Origin: a virus
Taxonomy: Duplodnaviria > Caudoviricetes
DNA: 59,474 nt
Strand: one strand, 5' to 3'
Virus record (IMG/VR): IMGVR_UViG_3300001352_002199
Span: 1-59,474 of that record
The notes under the pieces are model-generated. The model was not told the origin of the DNA and ran no database searches. It saw only the letters and a program-made list of their open reading frames with translations. The position numbers and the translations under genes are program-made. This document shows, piece by piece, positions 10,517 to 19,782 of this stretch; the first letter of the stretch is position 1, and the number at the start of each line of letters is the position of its first letter.

Positions 10517-10943
10517 GCTTCCTTTTAGCCCAAGCTTTTTTCATTGCTTCACTTTGTTTTTTCTTGAATTCAGGAGAAGAGTGATTGGATGAGTTTTTAT
10601 TGCCTTTCATTGATTTTGAAATTTTATTTTTACTTTCTGTTGTATGGGGATGATTAAATATAGGAGGATTACTCTTGTGAGCTTTTGATATTTTAATACA
10701 ATGTTCTTTGGATTTCGACTTACCTTTATTGTTTAGCCCTCCGATTCTTGAACGTTCGCGAAAAATTTCTTCTTTACCTATTTGTTTCCTTAACCCTTTG
10801 TAAGCTAAATAATTTTCTATGTTTCCATGTTCTAAGTAAAGCTTAGCGTGAGCAATTGCATGCTCTTTAACTGAAAGGACAATAATATTATCTGGGTCAT
10901 CTGTGCCCCCCATGTGTTTTGGAATAATGTGATGTTTATGCAT
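10509..10943 (-). CDS. HNH homing endonuclease with NUMOD3-like repeats
   Basis: HHIIPKHMGGTDDPDNIIVLSVKEHAIAH; repeats of H/S-x-E-x-K-x-KIS. Confidence 0.88.
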   Translation of the reverse strand: MHKHHIIPKHMGGTDDPDNIIVLSVKEHAIAHAKLYLEHGNIENYLAYKGLRKQIGKEEIFRERSRIGGLNNKGKSKSKEHCIKISKAHKSNPPIFNHPHTTESKNKISKSMKGNKNSSNHSSPEFKKKQSEAMKKAWAKRKLK

Positions 10944-10948
10944 AAAAA

Positions 10949-11024
10949 TGGAGCCACCTGTCAGGATCGAACTGACGACCTACGCATTACAAGTGCGTCG
11001 CACTACCAACTGTGCTAAGGTGGC
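10949..11024 (-). tRNA. trnT: tRNA-Thr(TGT)
   Basis: GCCACCT/AGGTGGC acceptor, ACGCA-CT-TGT-AA-TGCGT anticodon arm, TTCGATC T-loop, encoded CCA; 76 nt. Confidence 0.95.
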
Positions 11025-11039
11025 TTAATTTATAATAAA

Positions 11040-11624
11040 TCAAGAATCATTCATTTCAATTTGTTTTTTGTATTCAAGAACTTTTTCACATAAATTATAA
11101 AAGTCTTCTAGAAGTATTTCATTCTTCGCTTTATTTGCTTGAGGTGTAGCTATCTGTAAATTAGATAAATCATTTGTGCCGCCCAATTTAATTGGTATAA
11201 TGTGATCGAATTCATAAGTGTCACCTTTGTATAAATCAATAGATTGACCAGTTAAGTAACACTTTGGGTTTTTGCCTATTTTAGCTAAGACATCTTTAGA
11301 TGTATAATTACCTTCTGGTATATTGTTTACAATAGTTTTATTTCTTCTAGTAGTCCTTTTGAAGCTTCTGCACTTACTTATAATTGGTTTTGGTGTATGT
11401 TTGCTTTTAAAGCTATTTACTTTTTTCATGATTGCTTTTTCGGGTGTGTTTTTGTTTTTATGGTAAGAGTCCACTTTCAGTTTAGTAGACCCACCATTAC
11501 AATGATAACTAATTACTGATTTGGAGCAATTTAATGCAGATGCAATATCTCTGTAGGATAAGCCTTCTGCCCTTAATTTTAAAATATCTTCTTTAACTCT
11601 TCTATTGTTAGTTGCTCTATTCAT
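11040..11624 (-). CDS. HNH endonuclease with N-terminal HTH
   Basis: GLSYRDIASALNCSKSVISYH (HTH); CYLTG, FDHIIPIKLGGTNDLSNL...AN.AK. Confidence 0.88.
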   Translation of the reverse strand: MNRATNNRRVKEDILKLRAEGLSYRDIASALNCSKSVISYHCNGGSTKLKVDSYHKNKNTPEKAIMKKVNSFKSKHTPKPIISKCRSFKRTTRRNKTIVNNIPEGNYTSKDVLAKIGKNPKCYLTGQSIDLYKGDTYEFDHIIPIKLGGTNDLSNLQIATPQANKAKNEILLEDFYNLCEKVLEYKKQIEMNDS

Positions 11625-12039
11625 TTGTAATCCAAAAATCGTTTAGCATACTCAATCTTTTGACCTCAACTTCAAAAATCTGATAAAGCATTACACCTTC
11701 GACCATAAAGTCAAAAGCTGTCTTGAGGCAATAAAAATCTTCAATATCTTCATAATTATTTAAATAAAAAACATCAAAAATTATTTCAGATGATTCGATT
11801 GATTTTGAGAGTACTTTTATTAATGGTTGAGAGTTTATTATTCCATTTAAAATACGAGTACAGAATGATGGGTCTTGGTCTTCTTTATGAATCATCGTGA
11901 CTTCATTTAAATTAGTACGATTTAATGCATCACCACCCAATAAGCATTCACCAAGATAAACATCTAAAAATGTATCATGCTTGGATTTGAATAAGCTTTC
12001 CGCATTTCGAAAAACATGAGTTTGAGTAGGGTGTATCAA
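11617..12039 (-). CDS. hypothetical protein
   Basis: 140 aa ORF in operon-like run. Confidence 0.55.
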   Translation of the reverse strand: MIHPTQTHVFRNAESLFKSKHDTFLDVYLGECLLGGDALNRTNLNEVTMIHKEDQDPSFCTRILNGIINSQPLIKVLSKSIESSEIIFDVFYLNNYEDIEDFYCLKTAFDFMVEGVMLYQIFEVEVKRLSMLNDFWITNE

Positions 12040-12236
12040 TTGGTTTTATTTTTGCTTTTAATTGAAGCAATAATACAAAGAGCCCCATGCTCATTAGAAG
12101 TCATTAAAGCTTCTCCGTTAGTCATCATTATTTTCCACATTTTTTTCCCCATATGATCGCGCTCTTTAACATAGATTACTTGTTTGGGGTTGATGTGATA
12201 TTTTTCTTCGTTTGCGTCTTCTATTAAGATCATCAT
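12036..12236 (-). CDS. FlbD-like small protein
   Basis: YHINPKQVIYV...IMMTNGE pattern resembles the FlbD family. Confidence 0.45.
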   Translation of the reverse strand: MMILIEDANEEKYHINPKQVIYVKERDHMGKKMWKIMMTNGEALMTSNEHGALCIIASIKSKNKTN

Positions 12237-12239
12237 TAT

Positions 12240-12788
12240 TTATATTTGATTGTTAAATTCTTTTTCTGCTTCCTCGTAAGCGGTATTGATACAACCCATT
12301 ATATTGGAACGTATTCTATGAAGAGTAGCACTAACTGAACCAATTGGTCTACCGAGACATAAACTAATTTCTTTCATACTTAAATCCCTCTTAAATCTTA
12401 ACTCAGCGATTTTACGCATGTGTTGAGGTAGCTTGTTATAACATTTATTTAAGGCGTTCATTCGTATTTGAGGGGTATCATAATCTATAGATTCAGAAGC
12501 TAAAACTTCAGTCAATTCATTAGATAAACAAATTTTACTTCTGGCATGCTTAGTTTTATGAGCCATAACTTGAAATTTAGCTACACCAAAAGACCAATTC
12601 CTAAAAGACCCTAATCCAGCATCGAAGGATTTTTGTTTTTGAAATAATATTAAATTTGTTTTTTGTAAAACATCTTCAGCATCTTGCTTGTGAGGCAATA
12701 AACTAAATATGAATTTGTATAATGATAGCTGAGTATCTTTGAGTAATTCTTCAAAACTTACTTCAATATCTAATGAGCTCTTGTTCAT
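12240..12788 (-). CDS. ECF-type sigma-70 factor (Rhodopirellula/Verrucomicrobium-like)
   Basis: DAEDVLQKTNLIL, FRNWSFGVAKFQV, ALNKCYNKLP, EISLCLGRPIGSVSATLHRIR. Confidence 0.88.
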   Translation of the reverse strand: MNKSSLDIEVSFEELLKDTQLSLYKFIFSLLPHKQDAEDVLQKTNLILFQKQKSFDAGLGSFRNWSFGVAKFQVMAHKTKHARSKICLSNELTEVLASESIDYDTPQIRMNALNKCYNKLPQHMRKIAELRFKRDLSMKEISLCLGRPIGSVSATLHRIRSNIMGCINTAYEEAEKEFNNQI

Positions 12789-13048
12789 TTTAAATTTTCT
12801 ATCGTAAGATCAAGTGAATTATTTATATTTTTAGTAATAATTAAATTAACAGCGGAATTATTGTCGGTAAATAAAGATTGATAAAGAATATCAATAATTT
12901 CAGACAGATCAGTGTCAAGATATGTTGATGGTTCAACTTCTTCAAGTAAAGGGTCTGTACCTACTTCTTCTACTGCTTTCATTAAATTTTTAAGAGCTTT
13001 TTTTATTTTATCTTCTTCTGATTCGAAACTATCTTTAAATGCTATCAT
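12785..13048 (-). CDS. hypothetical protein
   Basis: 87 aa ORF, ATGA-type overlaps. Confidence 0.55.
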   Translation of the reverse strand: MIAFKDSFESEEDKIKKALKNLMKAVEEVGTDPLLEEVEPSTYLDTDLSEIIDILYQSLFTDNNSAVNLIITKNINNSLDLTIENLK

Positions 13049-13281
13049 GGAATTACAATTCTGTCAACATCATTCTCTAATTCATAATTGTCCCAATATT
13101 GATGATCGTATTTGCTGTAAGTAATGTCATTAAATAAAATTAATATTCGTGTTGGAGAGTTAGAGTCAACTTCATAACCCACTGCTGTTCCGTCAGGAAC
13201 TCTACCGCTTCCATCTGTATATTCGAAACATTCATCGTAGTTATGTTCGGAGTATATTATATCTGAAGATTTAATCTTCAT
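13045..13281 (-). CDS. hypothetical protein
   Basis: 78 aa ORF, ATGA overlaps. Confidence 0.55.
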   Translation of the reverse strand: MKIKSSDIIYSEHNYDECFEYTDGSGRVPDGTAVGYEVDSNSPTRILILFNDITYSKYDHQYWDNYELENDVDRIVIP

Positions 13282-13523
13282 GAGTAATAATTTGATTCTC
13301 TTTCAGATATGTCTTCAGAGCGGTCTTCCCATTTTTGAGAGTAAGGGTTATATTTTTCTATGCTAACATTTTGAACGCAAGTATGCTTATGCTTTATTGT
13401 TTCCATATGAAAATAAAACGCTTGAGCTGCGCTTACAGCCATATAATAATGATAGCTATCCATTGCAGAATGTTCTTGACCTGCATTATATTTTATGCGA
13501 TATTCAAAAAGTTTTTCATTCAT
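13278..13523 (-). CDS. hypothetical protein
   Basis: Likely start MNEKL at 13523 (TAATG overlap). Confidence 0.55.
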   Translation of the reverse strand: MNEKLFEYRIKYNAGQEHSAMDSYHYYMAVSAAQAFYFHMETIKHKHTCVQNVSIEKYNPYSQKWEDRSEDISERESNYYS

Positions 13524-13726
13524 TAATCGTGTTCCCCGAAAGGAGGGTTCCAATAAATATCATCAAACAACTTAAATTTAACCTCAGTATAAGGAGGTTC
13601 GTCTAGGTTGCCTCTATGATTAATAGTGATATCAACACCTACAGGTGTATGCTCGCTCACTAGCTCATCATTGCCCGTGTAGAAAAACTCTTCGAAGTCA
13701 GATGCGTATATTAATTCGTAACTCAT
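13523..13726 (-). CDS. hypothetical protein
   Basis: 67 aa acidic ORF downstream of a sigma70 promoter. Confidence 0.55.
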   Translation of the reverse strand: MSYELIYASDFEEFFYTGNDELVSEHTPVGVDITINHRGNLDEPPYTEVKFKLFDDIYWNPPFGEHD

Positions 13727-13751
13727 AATATTTAATAATTGTTAAGGTTAT

Positions 13752-13780
13752 AGTGTAAAGTATTTTGACTAAAATGTCAA
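13752..13780 (-). promoter_or_regulatory. sigma70-type promoter
   Basis: TTGACA-N17-TACACT; the -35 is one arm of a TTGAC-N6-GTCAA inverted repeat (13765-13780). Confidence 0.65.
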
Positions 13781-14388
13781 GAAAAATGATTTGCAAAAAA
13801 TACAAAGTAATCTTTATTCATATACCCAAAACTGCAGGAACATCAATAGAATATATGTTTGGATTCTTTGAGAAAGTAAATAATGGTAAAATTATCCTTA
13901 ATAAAAATATTGGAAGAACTCATTTAAGTATAAAAGAAATACAAGAACAATTTCCAGAATATTATAAAGATTTCTATAGATTTACAATCGTTCGGAATCC
14001 ATGGAGTAAGGCATTATCTATGTATAACATGCTTACTCATTCTAAGCATTACTCTATATCTTTTAAGGAATACATTAAAACTATTATTTTACCAAAATCA
14101 AAATTAAAAACATCCCTGCACAGAAGTCAGCTTTCGTTTATAACTATTAACGGTGAAATCAAAGTAGATTACATTATGAGATATGAAGAATTAGAAAAAG
14201 AATGGGTTTGCTTGTGTCAAAAAATACAAAAACCCTTTGAGACTATGGTAAATATGTTAAAGTTTAAAAACCCTACTGAAAGTATGGAGAGTGGATACGA
14301 TCAAGAAAACATAGATTTGATAGCAAAAATTTATAAAAAAGATATTGAATATTTTAATTACGATTTTCCCGCTAAAACAACATCTTAG
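13765..14388 (+). CDS. sulfotransferase family 2 protein
   Basis: FIHIPKTAGTS, IVRNPWSKALS, RYEEL, DIEYFNY; true start may be ATG 13774 or 13786. Confidence 0.9.
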   Translation: MTKMSRKMICKKYKVIFIHIPKTAGTSIEYMFGFFEKVNNGKIILNKNIGRTHLSIKEIQEQFPEYYKDFYRFTIVRNPWSKALSMYNMLTHSKHYSISFKEYIKTIILPKSKLKTSLHRSQLSFITINGEIKVDYIMRYEELEKEWVCLCQKIQKPFETMVNMLKFKNPTESMESGYDQENIDLIAKIYKKDIEYFNYDFPAKTTS

Positions 14389-15094
14389 CTATAGAAGTTA
14401 AATCTTTTCTACCATGAACGAGCTTGATATAATCTTTGATAGAAGTTGGTAGTTTGTGAAAAGTATTGTGATAGCCTGAGTTGGCTAAATTTTGGTCATA
14501 GGTGCGACTAAGAGGGTGTTCGATGGTGTGATTAGAGTCACGTATAACAGGCATGCCGATCATGTGAGAAACCGCGCAAAATACTATATCCCATCCCCAA
14601 CCCATCTTATTATCTAAAAAACAATCTTCAAGGTCAAGGTATTTAAAATATTGAACGACTCTTGGATGAATAAACCAAACAGTTTCGTCGCCATTGACAA
14701 TATATTTAATGTTGGAATCTTGGGTAGTAACCATTTTCAAACTCGCAAGATCATCGCTTTGCCACTCTACATTATTTACTTTTGAATAATAAATACCAGC
14801 ATTATATTTTTGCATATAGTGCCGCGCATCTTGAACTAATTTAGGCCAGTCATGATATGATGTATCGCCCTGAACATGAAAAAAGACACTAGCTCCATCA
14901 TGAATGTCGAGAGCTTTTAAGAATTGATATGTAAAATAAGAATCTTCGCCAATATTATGCCAATACTCTCGATAGTTTTGCTCGTCGCTATTTATTACAT
15001 CGACACTATCAACGCATCCGTGTAGAGCTGATTCGATAGCTAGTGTAGAATCGAATTTATCGCGCCAATTAAATATAAAAGCCTGTATATTAAT
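14372..15094 (-). CDS. putative glycosyltransferase (non-ATG start)
   Basis: The 147 aa ORF is open upstream to 15094: (I)NIQAFIFNW...VINSD...QFLKAL...HVQGD...DETVW...GWGWD; the first codon is ATT. Confidence 0.65.
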   Translation of the reverse strand: MNIQAFIFNWRDKFDSTLAIESALHGCVDSVDVINSDEQNYREYWHNIGEDSYFTYQFLKALDIHDGASVFFHVQGDTSYHDWPKLVQDARHYMQKYNAGIYYSKVNNVEWQSDDLASLKMVTTQDSNIKYIVNGDETVWFIHPRVVQYFKYLDLEDCFLDNKMGWGWDIVFCAVSHMIGMPVIRDSNHTIEHPLSRTYDQNLANSGYHNTFHKLPTSIKDYIKLVHGRKDLTSIAKMLF

Positions 15095-15097
15095 GTG

Positions 15098-15430
15098 TTA
15101 ATCCCAGTTTCCTTGAGCAACATTTCGACCGTCGAGATTGCTCCAGTCTACAGCAAATGGATCTTCGTCTTCGTTTTGTTGTTGATGTTCGTTGTTGAAT
15201 TCTTGTTTTTGTTCGTCATATAATTTTGAATGCATTCTTTGTCCCATCCATAAAGATTCAAGAAGTAAGGCTTGTACAGCTTGTAGGTTGTAACTCTCTT
15301 CGCGGCTACAACGATATGCTAATTTTAATACATTGCACAATGTGCGTTTTTCATCAAATGGTTCGGTCATGGCGACCTTCATTTGCTCGGCAAGTTCCTT
15401 GGTGAAGGGTTTTGGTTTGTATTCGCTCAT
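15098..15430 (-). CDS. hypothetical helical protein (paralog of 3623..3865)
   Basis: KRTLCNVLK...MGQRMHSKL; GTGTA-N9-ATG upstream. Confidence 0.65.
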   Translation of the reverse strand: MSEYKPKPFTKELAEQMKVAMTEPFDEKRTLCNVLKLAYRCSREESYNLQAVQALLLESLWMGQRMHSKLYDEQKQEFNNEHQQQNEDEDPFAVDWSNLDGRNVAQGNWD

Positions 15431-15444
15431 ATTGATATATACAC

Positions 15445-16023
15445 TTAGCCAAAGGGAAATCCTATTTTTATAAACATATCGTAATCTTTGTTGTTAAAAT
15501 AAGGCCAATCGAACTTTTTGCAAATATGACGTATCATTTCTAAAAAATATATTGCTGGAGGATGGTATGGTTCAGTCGGTTTTTTTGGGTAGAAGTTTGT
15601 TAGTTCAAAATTTTCAAGGAGTGTGTCAATGGTTATTTCTACTTCTCTAGCTTGGTCCCTGCGCCTCATTCCTTCAAGGGTGACATCTAAATTGTTTACA
15701 TCTAGATAAAAATTAGTAATAGATACGCATTGAGCTTCTGGCAAAACAAGCGAACTTAATGCTTCAGTGTGATAGTCTGGAGAGCCTGTCTCGGTCATGT
15801 TTAGGTTTATAATATAATTACATGATTTTATGTACTCTATTGGGTTATAAGGGCATTTTATTTGTGAATTTAATTTCTTAGCAAGAGGGTAATTTCTTGC
15901 ATCTAAAAAACCAGAGTATCCATCAGAAAAAGAAACCCAATAACATTCTGCGTCAGGTAATAAGTATTTTATGTAAAACGATAATGTTTCAAGGTGACAG
16001 TGTCCTATTGTTGCTATTTTCAT
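15445..16023 (-). CDS. hypothetical protein, possibly WcbI-like polysaccharide biosynthesis protein
   Basis: IGHC near the N-terminus and YHP near the C-terminus resemble the WcbI GNCQ...HP pattern; weak. Confidence 0.45.
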   Translation of the reverse strand: MKIATIGHCHLETLSFYIKYLLPDAECYWVSFSDGYSGFLDARNYPLAKKLNSQIKCPYNPIEYIKSCNYIINLNMTETGSPDYHTEALSSLVLPEAQCVSITNFYLDVNNLDVTLEGMRRRDQAREVEITIDTLLENFELTNFYPKKPTEPYHPPAIYFLEMIRHICKKFDWPYFNNKDYDMFIKIGFPFG

Positions 16024-16706
16024 TGTTGGGAGAATGTCTGATATTGCTTTACTATATCTAGTCTGCTAAATTTTCTGTCGACACCTCTTTCATAACAACC
16101 TCCGTCATAGTGAACTAGAGGTGTGTCATTGAGGAAATCAGCTTCAATATTTGAACAATATTTTTTGTTGTGTTCATCTAATTTTAGAGAAAAGCATTTC
16201 GTATACTTAATTATAATATTCATGTCATTACAACTACCTCTTTTAGGACCCTCCTGGAACGGCTGATTGTTGAATTGTAAAATTGCTTGCTCAATATCCA
16301 TCACCCCTTCCTTGCCAAGATAAACAACTGCTCGTTCTCTGCAAAAATAACTATTTTCTTTTGCAAAATTTAGAATATTTGGTGTGAATCCGTAATTCAT
16401 TACATCATAGTCTGCATATAATGTTGCACCATGTTCACGAACATATTGACAATATGCAAGCAAACGACAATAACAACTGCGATGATATTTCCACATTGAT
16501 GAATGTATTGTTTTATAGAAATTAGCATCAGGATTATCCAAATCAAGTTCATGAAACAATTCGTTACGTTTAGAATATTCTTCGTTTAATACGATTGGAT
16601 TCCATCCATGTTTAATCCATGATTGTTTGTATAGCTCAATTAACTCTTCGCTTTGTTTAGAAAAGTCAAGGTTTGGTATTGATTGGAAATATGATATTGT
16701 GTTCAT
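16020..16706 (-). CDS. putative glycosyltransferase
   Basis: SWIKHGWNPIVL, CYCRLLAY, ADYDVMN (DxD), LVHY; likely start MNTISY. Confidence 0.6.
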   Translation of the reverse strand: MNTISYFQSIPNLDFSKQSEELIELYKQSWIKHGWNPIVLNEEYSKRNELFHELDLDNPDANFYKTIHSSMWKYHRSCYCRLLAYCQYVREHGATLYADYDVMNYGFTPNILNFAKENSYFCRERAVVYLGKEGVMDIEQAILQFNNQPFQEGPKRGSCNDMNIIIKYTKCFSLKLDEHNKKYCSNIEADFLNDTPLVHYDGGCYERGVDRKFSRLDIVKQYQTFSQQ

Positions 16707-16708
16707 TG

Positions 16709-17383
16709 TTATTTTGTTAAATTTGAGCACAACCAAAATTCAGCAAGCATTCTTTTTGAATGATTCGTAAACATAGGTCGTGTTCTCTCAGATTGATTTA
16801 GTGCTCTGTAATCATAATACCTCTCTTTACTTGCATGAAATTCAGTGTATGATTTCAAAGTTTTGATATAATTTGAATTTGCCCACCAAAAATTTCCCGA
16901 ATAATGAGGTAGTGGTTTTTCCTGAAAGTCTATTCCGTCAGTTTCTTTTTTGTTTAAATTTTGCAAACAAATTTCGTGATTATCTATTAAATATTCGTGC
17001 ATACGATTTGTCCATTGCTTTGCAAATTCAGTTGTACACAAAGGATTTGTTTTCCTTCTTTCATCATCATACGATGCACCTTTACTATGTATATAGAGAA
17101 TCTTAGAATTAGGATTATTCTGAGAATGTTTATGCATTAAATCTAAAGTACAACCCTCACCAGTTGCATCTGAAGATTTAGTGAAAATAATTTTTTTGTC
17201 TTGTTTGAATTTATTCGATAATAATTTCAGGAAATCTTCTTTTTTATCTCCAACTAAATTGCAATAAATATTAGATGTTTTTTGGTATAAACCACTGTCA
17301 ATTATTCTATTTAAAGTATTAAGAAACAATTCGTATGAATGATTTACGCAATATAGATGATAGAATATATAAATTTTATTCAT
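16709..17383 (-). CDS. glycan-cluster protein (HSKG...YSGNFWWA family)
   Basis: LYIHSKG, HYSGNFWWANSNYI, AEFW; a family often found among glycosyltransferase clusters. Confidence 0.7.
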   Translation of the reverse strand: MNKIYIFYHLYCVNHSYELFLNTLNRIIDSGLYQKTSNIYCNLVGDKKEDFLKLLSNKFKQDKKIIFTKSSDATGEGCTLDLMHKHSQNNPNSKILYIHSKGASYDDERRKTNPLCTTEFAKQWTNRMHEYLIDNHEICLQNLNKKETDGIDFQEKPLPHYSGNFWWANSNYIKTLKSYTEFHASKERYYDYRALNQSERTRPMFTNHSKRMLAEFWLCSNLTK

Positions 17384-17386
17384 AAT

Positions 17387-18523
17387 TTATTTCCAAATTG
17401 AATTCAATGCATTTTCTAAATCAGAAATTTTGATAAAAGTTTTATCAAATTTAGAATCGTCTGTATATAAAATATGATTGTAATTTAAATACAATCCGTG
17501 CATTACATTATGGTAACCGTTAAAAGGTCGTTGCACACTCCCGCATTCAACACTTGGTACGAATTCTAAAATCTTGACTTTATTTAAATCAGAGTATATC
17601 ATATTGATCAATCCAGTTCCGTGAGGACCGATAATGGTATGAGCATTACTAAAAATCTCGATTTGCTTTGCTATTGATAATGTTTCTTGATTGCCGTTTT
17701 GTCCCGAAAATATTTTTAGTTCACCTTGAATATTATATTTTTGCATCAATGTTTTGATTGTGTTGATCGCAGTTTGTTCATTATTTAAATCTAATACTCT
17801 ACGATTGGTAGTTCCGTGCCTTGTATAAAATATTACATCTTTAGGATTTCTTGATATTTTGCAGTTGGTTATCCATTTTTTAAAATACTGCATAAAGTTA
17901 TTGCCCATTATACATGGATGAACATCAGGAGTAGATACAATTAAGTTTCCTTTGATTTTTATCGTTTCTCCGATGTTTATCCAAACGATACGATTTAATA
18001 ATTTAGGATCAAGTTCTTTAAGCATATTTTGCTTAACTTTACTTTTTAACATTAATATTTTGTAATCTTCAGGAATCACCGAAAGAAACCATGTTAAGTA
18101 TGGTAAATTATCGTGTATAATATGACCATAATTGTTGTGCCACCATGTATGAAATCCTGCATAATCTCCTGTTAATTCTATAATTTTAGAGTTTTGTTTA
18201 ACTTCGTTTGTTTGGTAATCACTCCAAGGTATATTGACCATTGCGCCAAAAAAGTTTTTTCTTTCTGATTGTTCTGTTTTGAATGGATTAACCCAACCAT
18301 TGCCTTTTACGATTTGATGATCATTCCATGCACTTTGCAATACACTAGGTCCTCCGTTCCATATTGCATAATTGGCATTTTTATATAATGTTGTTGTTGT
18401 TGGAAAATCACGGTCAAGACCTATTTTAATACCTGCTTCAAGGTATTGTTGTGTGCATACATTGATAAACTGATTTTGTATATCAGGTTTCGCACTAAAA
18501 ATATTTGGCCATTTTATGCTCAC
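17387..18523 (-). CDS. glycosyltransferase family 61 (DUF563)
   Basis: NYGHIIHDNLP, R...RRVL.NE, QIEIFSNAHTIIGPHGTGLINMIY, LEF. Confidence 0.88.
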   Translation of the reverse strand: MSIKWPNIFSAKPDIQNQFINVCTQQYLEAGIKIGLDRDFPTTTTLYKNANYAIWNGGPSVLQSAWNDHQIVKGNGWVNPFKTEQSERKNFFGAMVNIPWSDYQTNEVKQNSKIIELTGDYAGFHTWWHNNYGHIIHDNLPYLTWFLSVIPEDYKILMLKSKVKQNMLKELDPKLLNRIVWINIGETIKIKGNLIVSTPDVHPCIMGNNFMQYFKKWITNCKISRNPKDVIFYTRHGTTNRRVLDLNNEQTAINTIKTLMQKYNIQGELKIFSGQNGNQETLSIAKQIEIFSNAHTIIGPHGTGLINMIYSDLNKVKILEFVPSVECGSVQRPFNGYHNVMHGLYLNYNHILYTDDSKFDKTFIKISDLENALNSIWK

Positions 18524-18599
18524 TTAGTAAATGCCATCAGTCCATGTTGCATCGTCTATACCATAACGTACTTTTCCGTTATTTTTATCTACGTGTGGT

Positions 18600-19142
18600 T
18601 TAATATTCATATCCTTTTAATTGTATTACTTCTTTTTCGTGATTTGCTACAAGATCAATTAATTCTTGGTTGTAAAAATCTTGATAATTTACTCTTCGTT
18701 GAGATCGATTGGATTTTTTGCTTGGCAAAGTAAGTGGAAGATTAATTTTGTTAAGAATTAATTTCATATCTTTATGCATATTTTCTAAAGAACCAATGAA
18801 GTCGGTTACTATAACTCCATCTTGTATATACCAGTGAGATTGAGGTTTAGCACTTTGTCTGCCAAGGTGTCCTTTGAGCCATGATCCAAAAGAATCTGGG
18901 TCCAATGGCCGGTTAAGCCAATTATAATAAGATAAAAATCTATCCCATGGATTTCTCACAAAAGTAAAAACAAAGTAATCGCTAAAATCATAATTAATAA
19001 AATGTTTTTTTATTTCAATTAAATTTCCGTGCTGAAGACTTGTAACATGCTCTCCATGTTTCCATAGTAAGTTTTGACGATAATTAGTCCCTGTTTTGGG
19101 CGGATCTAGGCTTATGAATTTATGTTTATGTGATATAATCAT
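18600..19142 (-). CDS. sulfotransferase family 2 protein
   Basis: PPKTGT, FVRNPWDRFLSYY. Confidence 0.85.
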   Translation of the reverse strand: MIISHKHKFISLDPPKTGTNYRQNLLWKHGEHVTSLQHGNLIEIKKHFINYDFSDYFVFTFVRNPWDRFLSYYNWLNRPLDPDSFGSWLKGHLGRQSAKPQSHWYIQDGVIVTDFIGSLENMHKDMKLILNKINLPLTLPSKKSNRSQRRVNYQDFYNQELIDLVANHEKEVIQLKGYEY

Positions 19143-19782
19143 AATTTTTTAATTGTATTACACTCTTTTCTTTTTGCGCTACGAGATCAATTAGTTGTTG
19201 ATTGTATACGTCATGTATATTGAATGACTGGACGCTTTTATTTCCGTGGCGCAATGTTGGCGTATTTATACCAATTTGGCTACACAAAAAAGAAAACTCG
19301 TCTTTAAGGTTTTCAAAGCTCGCAATATGATCTATCATAATTGCACCCTTTTCATTGCAGTAATACGCGTCTTGCGAGTTATTGTTTAATATGATGTTTT
19401 TTAATACAGTTTGATCGTCTTTATCTTTAAATAATTCGACGCAAAGTTTGCCTTGATTGATTTCTGGTTCACGCCAATTTATAGATTCGTCTCGACGCAT
19501 GCACTTTTCGCCGTAACTCTTAAAATACTTAAGAAAACTAAAATATCTTTGCCATGGATTGCGAACTATAGTGAATTTGTAATACTCATTCCAGTTCCAG
19601 TTGTTTTTTGCAAATTGTTTTTTTGCGCGAATTGCACCGTCATGTTGATAGAATTGCGCATCTACTTTTGGTTCTCCATGAATATCAATAACGCCCAATG
19701 GCAACAAGCTTTCCCGAAGAGACCTGCTTCCAGTTTTAGGTATATCAATCGTAATAAATTTATGTTTATGTGATATTAGCAT
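19126..19782 (-). CDS. sulfotransferase family 2 protein
   Basis: IPKTGSRS, IVRNPWQRYFS, FENLKDEF. Confidence 0.88.
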   Translation of the reverse strand: MLISHKHKFITIDIPKTGSRSLRESLLPLGVIDIHGEPKVDAQFYQHDGAIRAKKQFAKNNWNWNEYYKFTIVRNPWQRYFSFLKYFKSYGEKCMRRDESINWREPEINQGKLCVELFKDKDDQTVLKNIILNNNSQDAYYCNEKGAIMIDHIASFENLKDEFSFLCSQIGINTPTLRHGNKSVQSFNIHDVYNQQLIDLVAQKEKSVIQLKNYDYIT

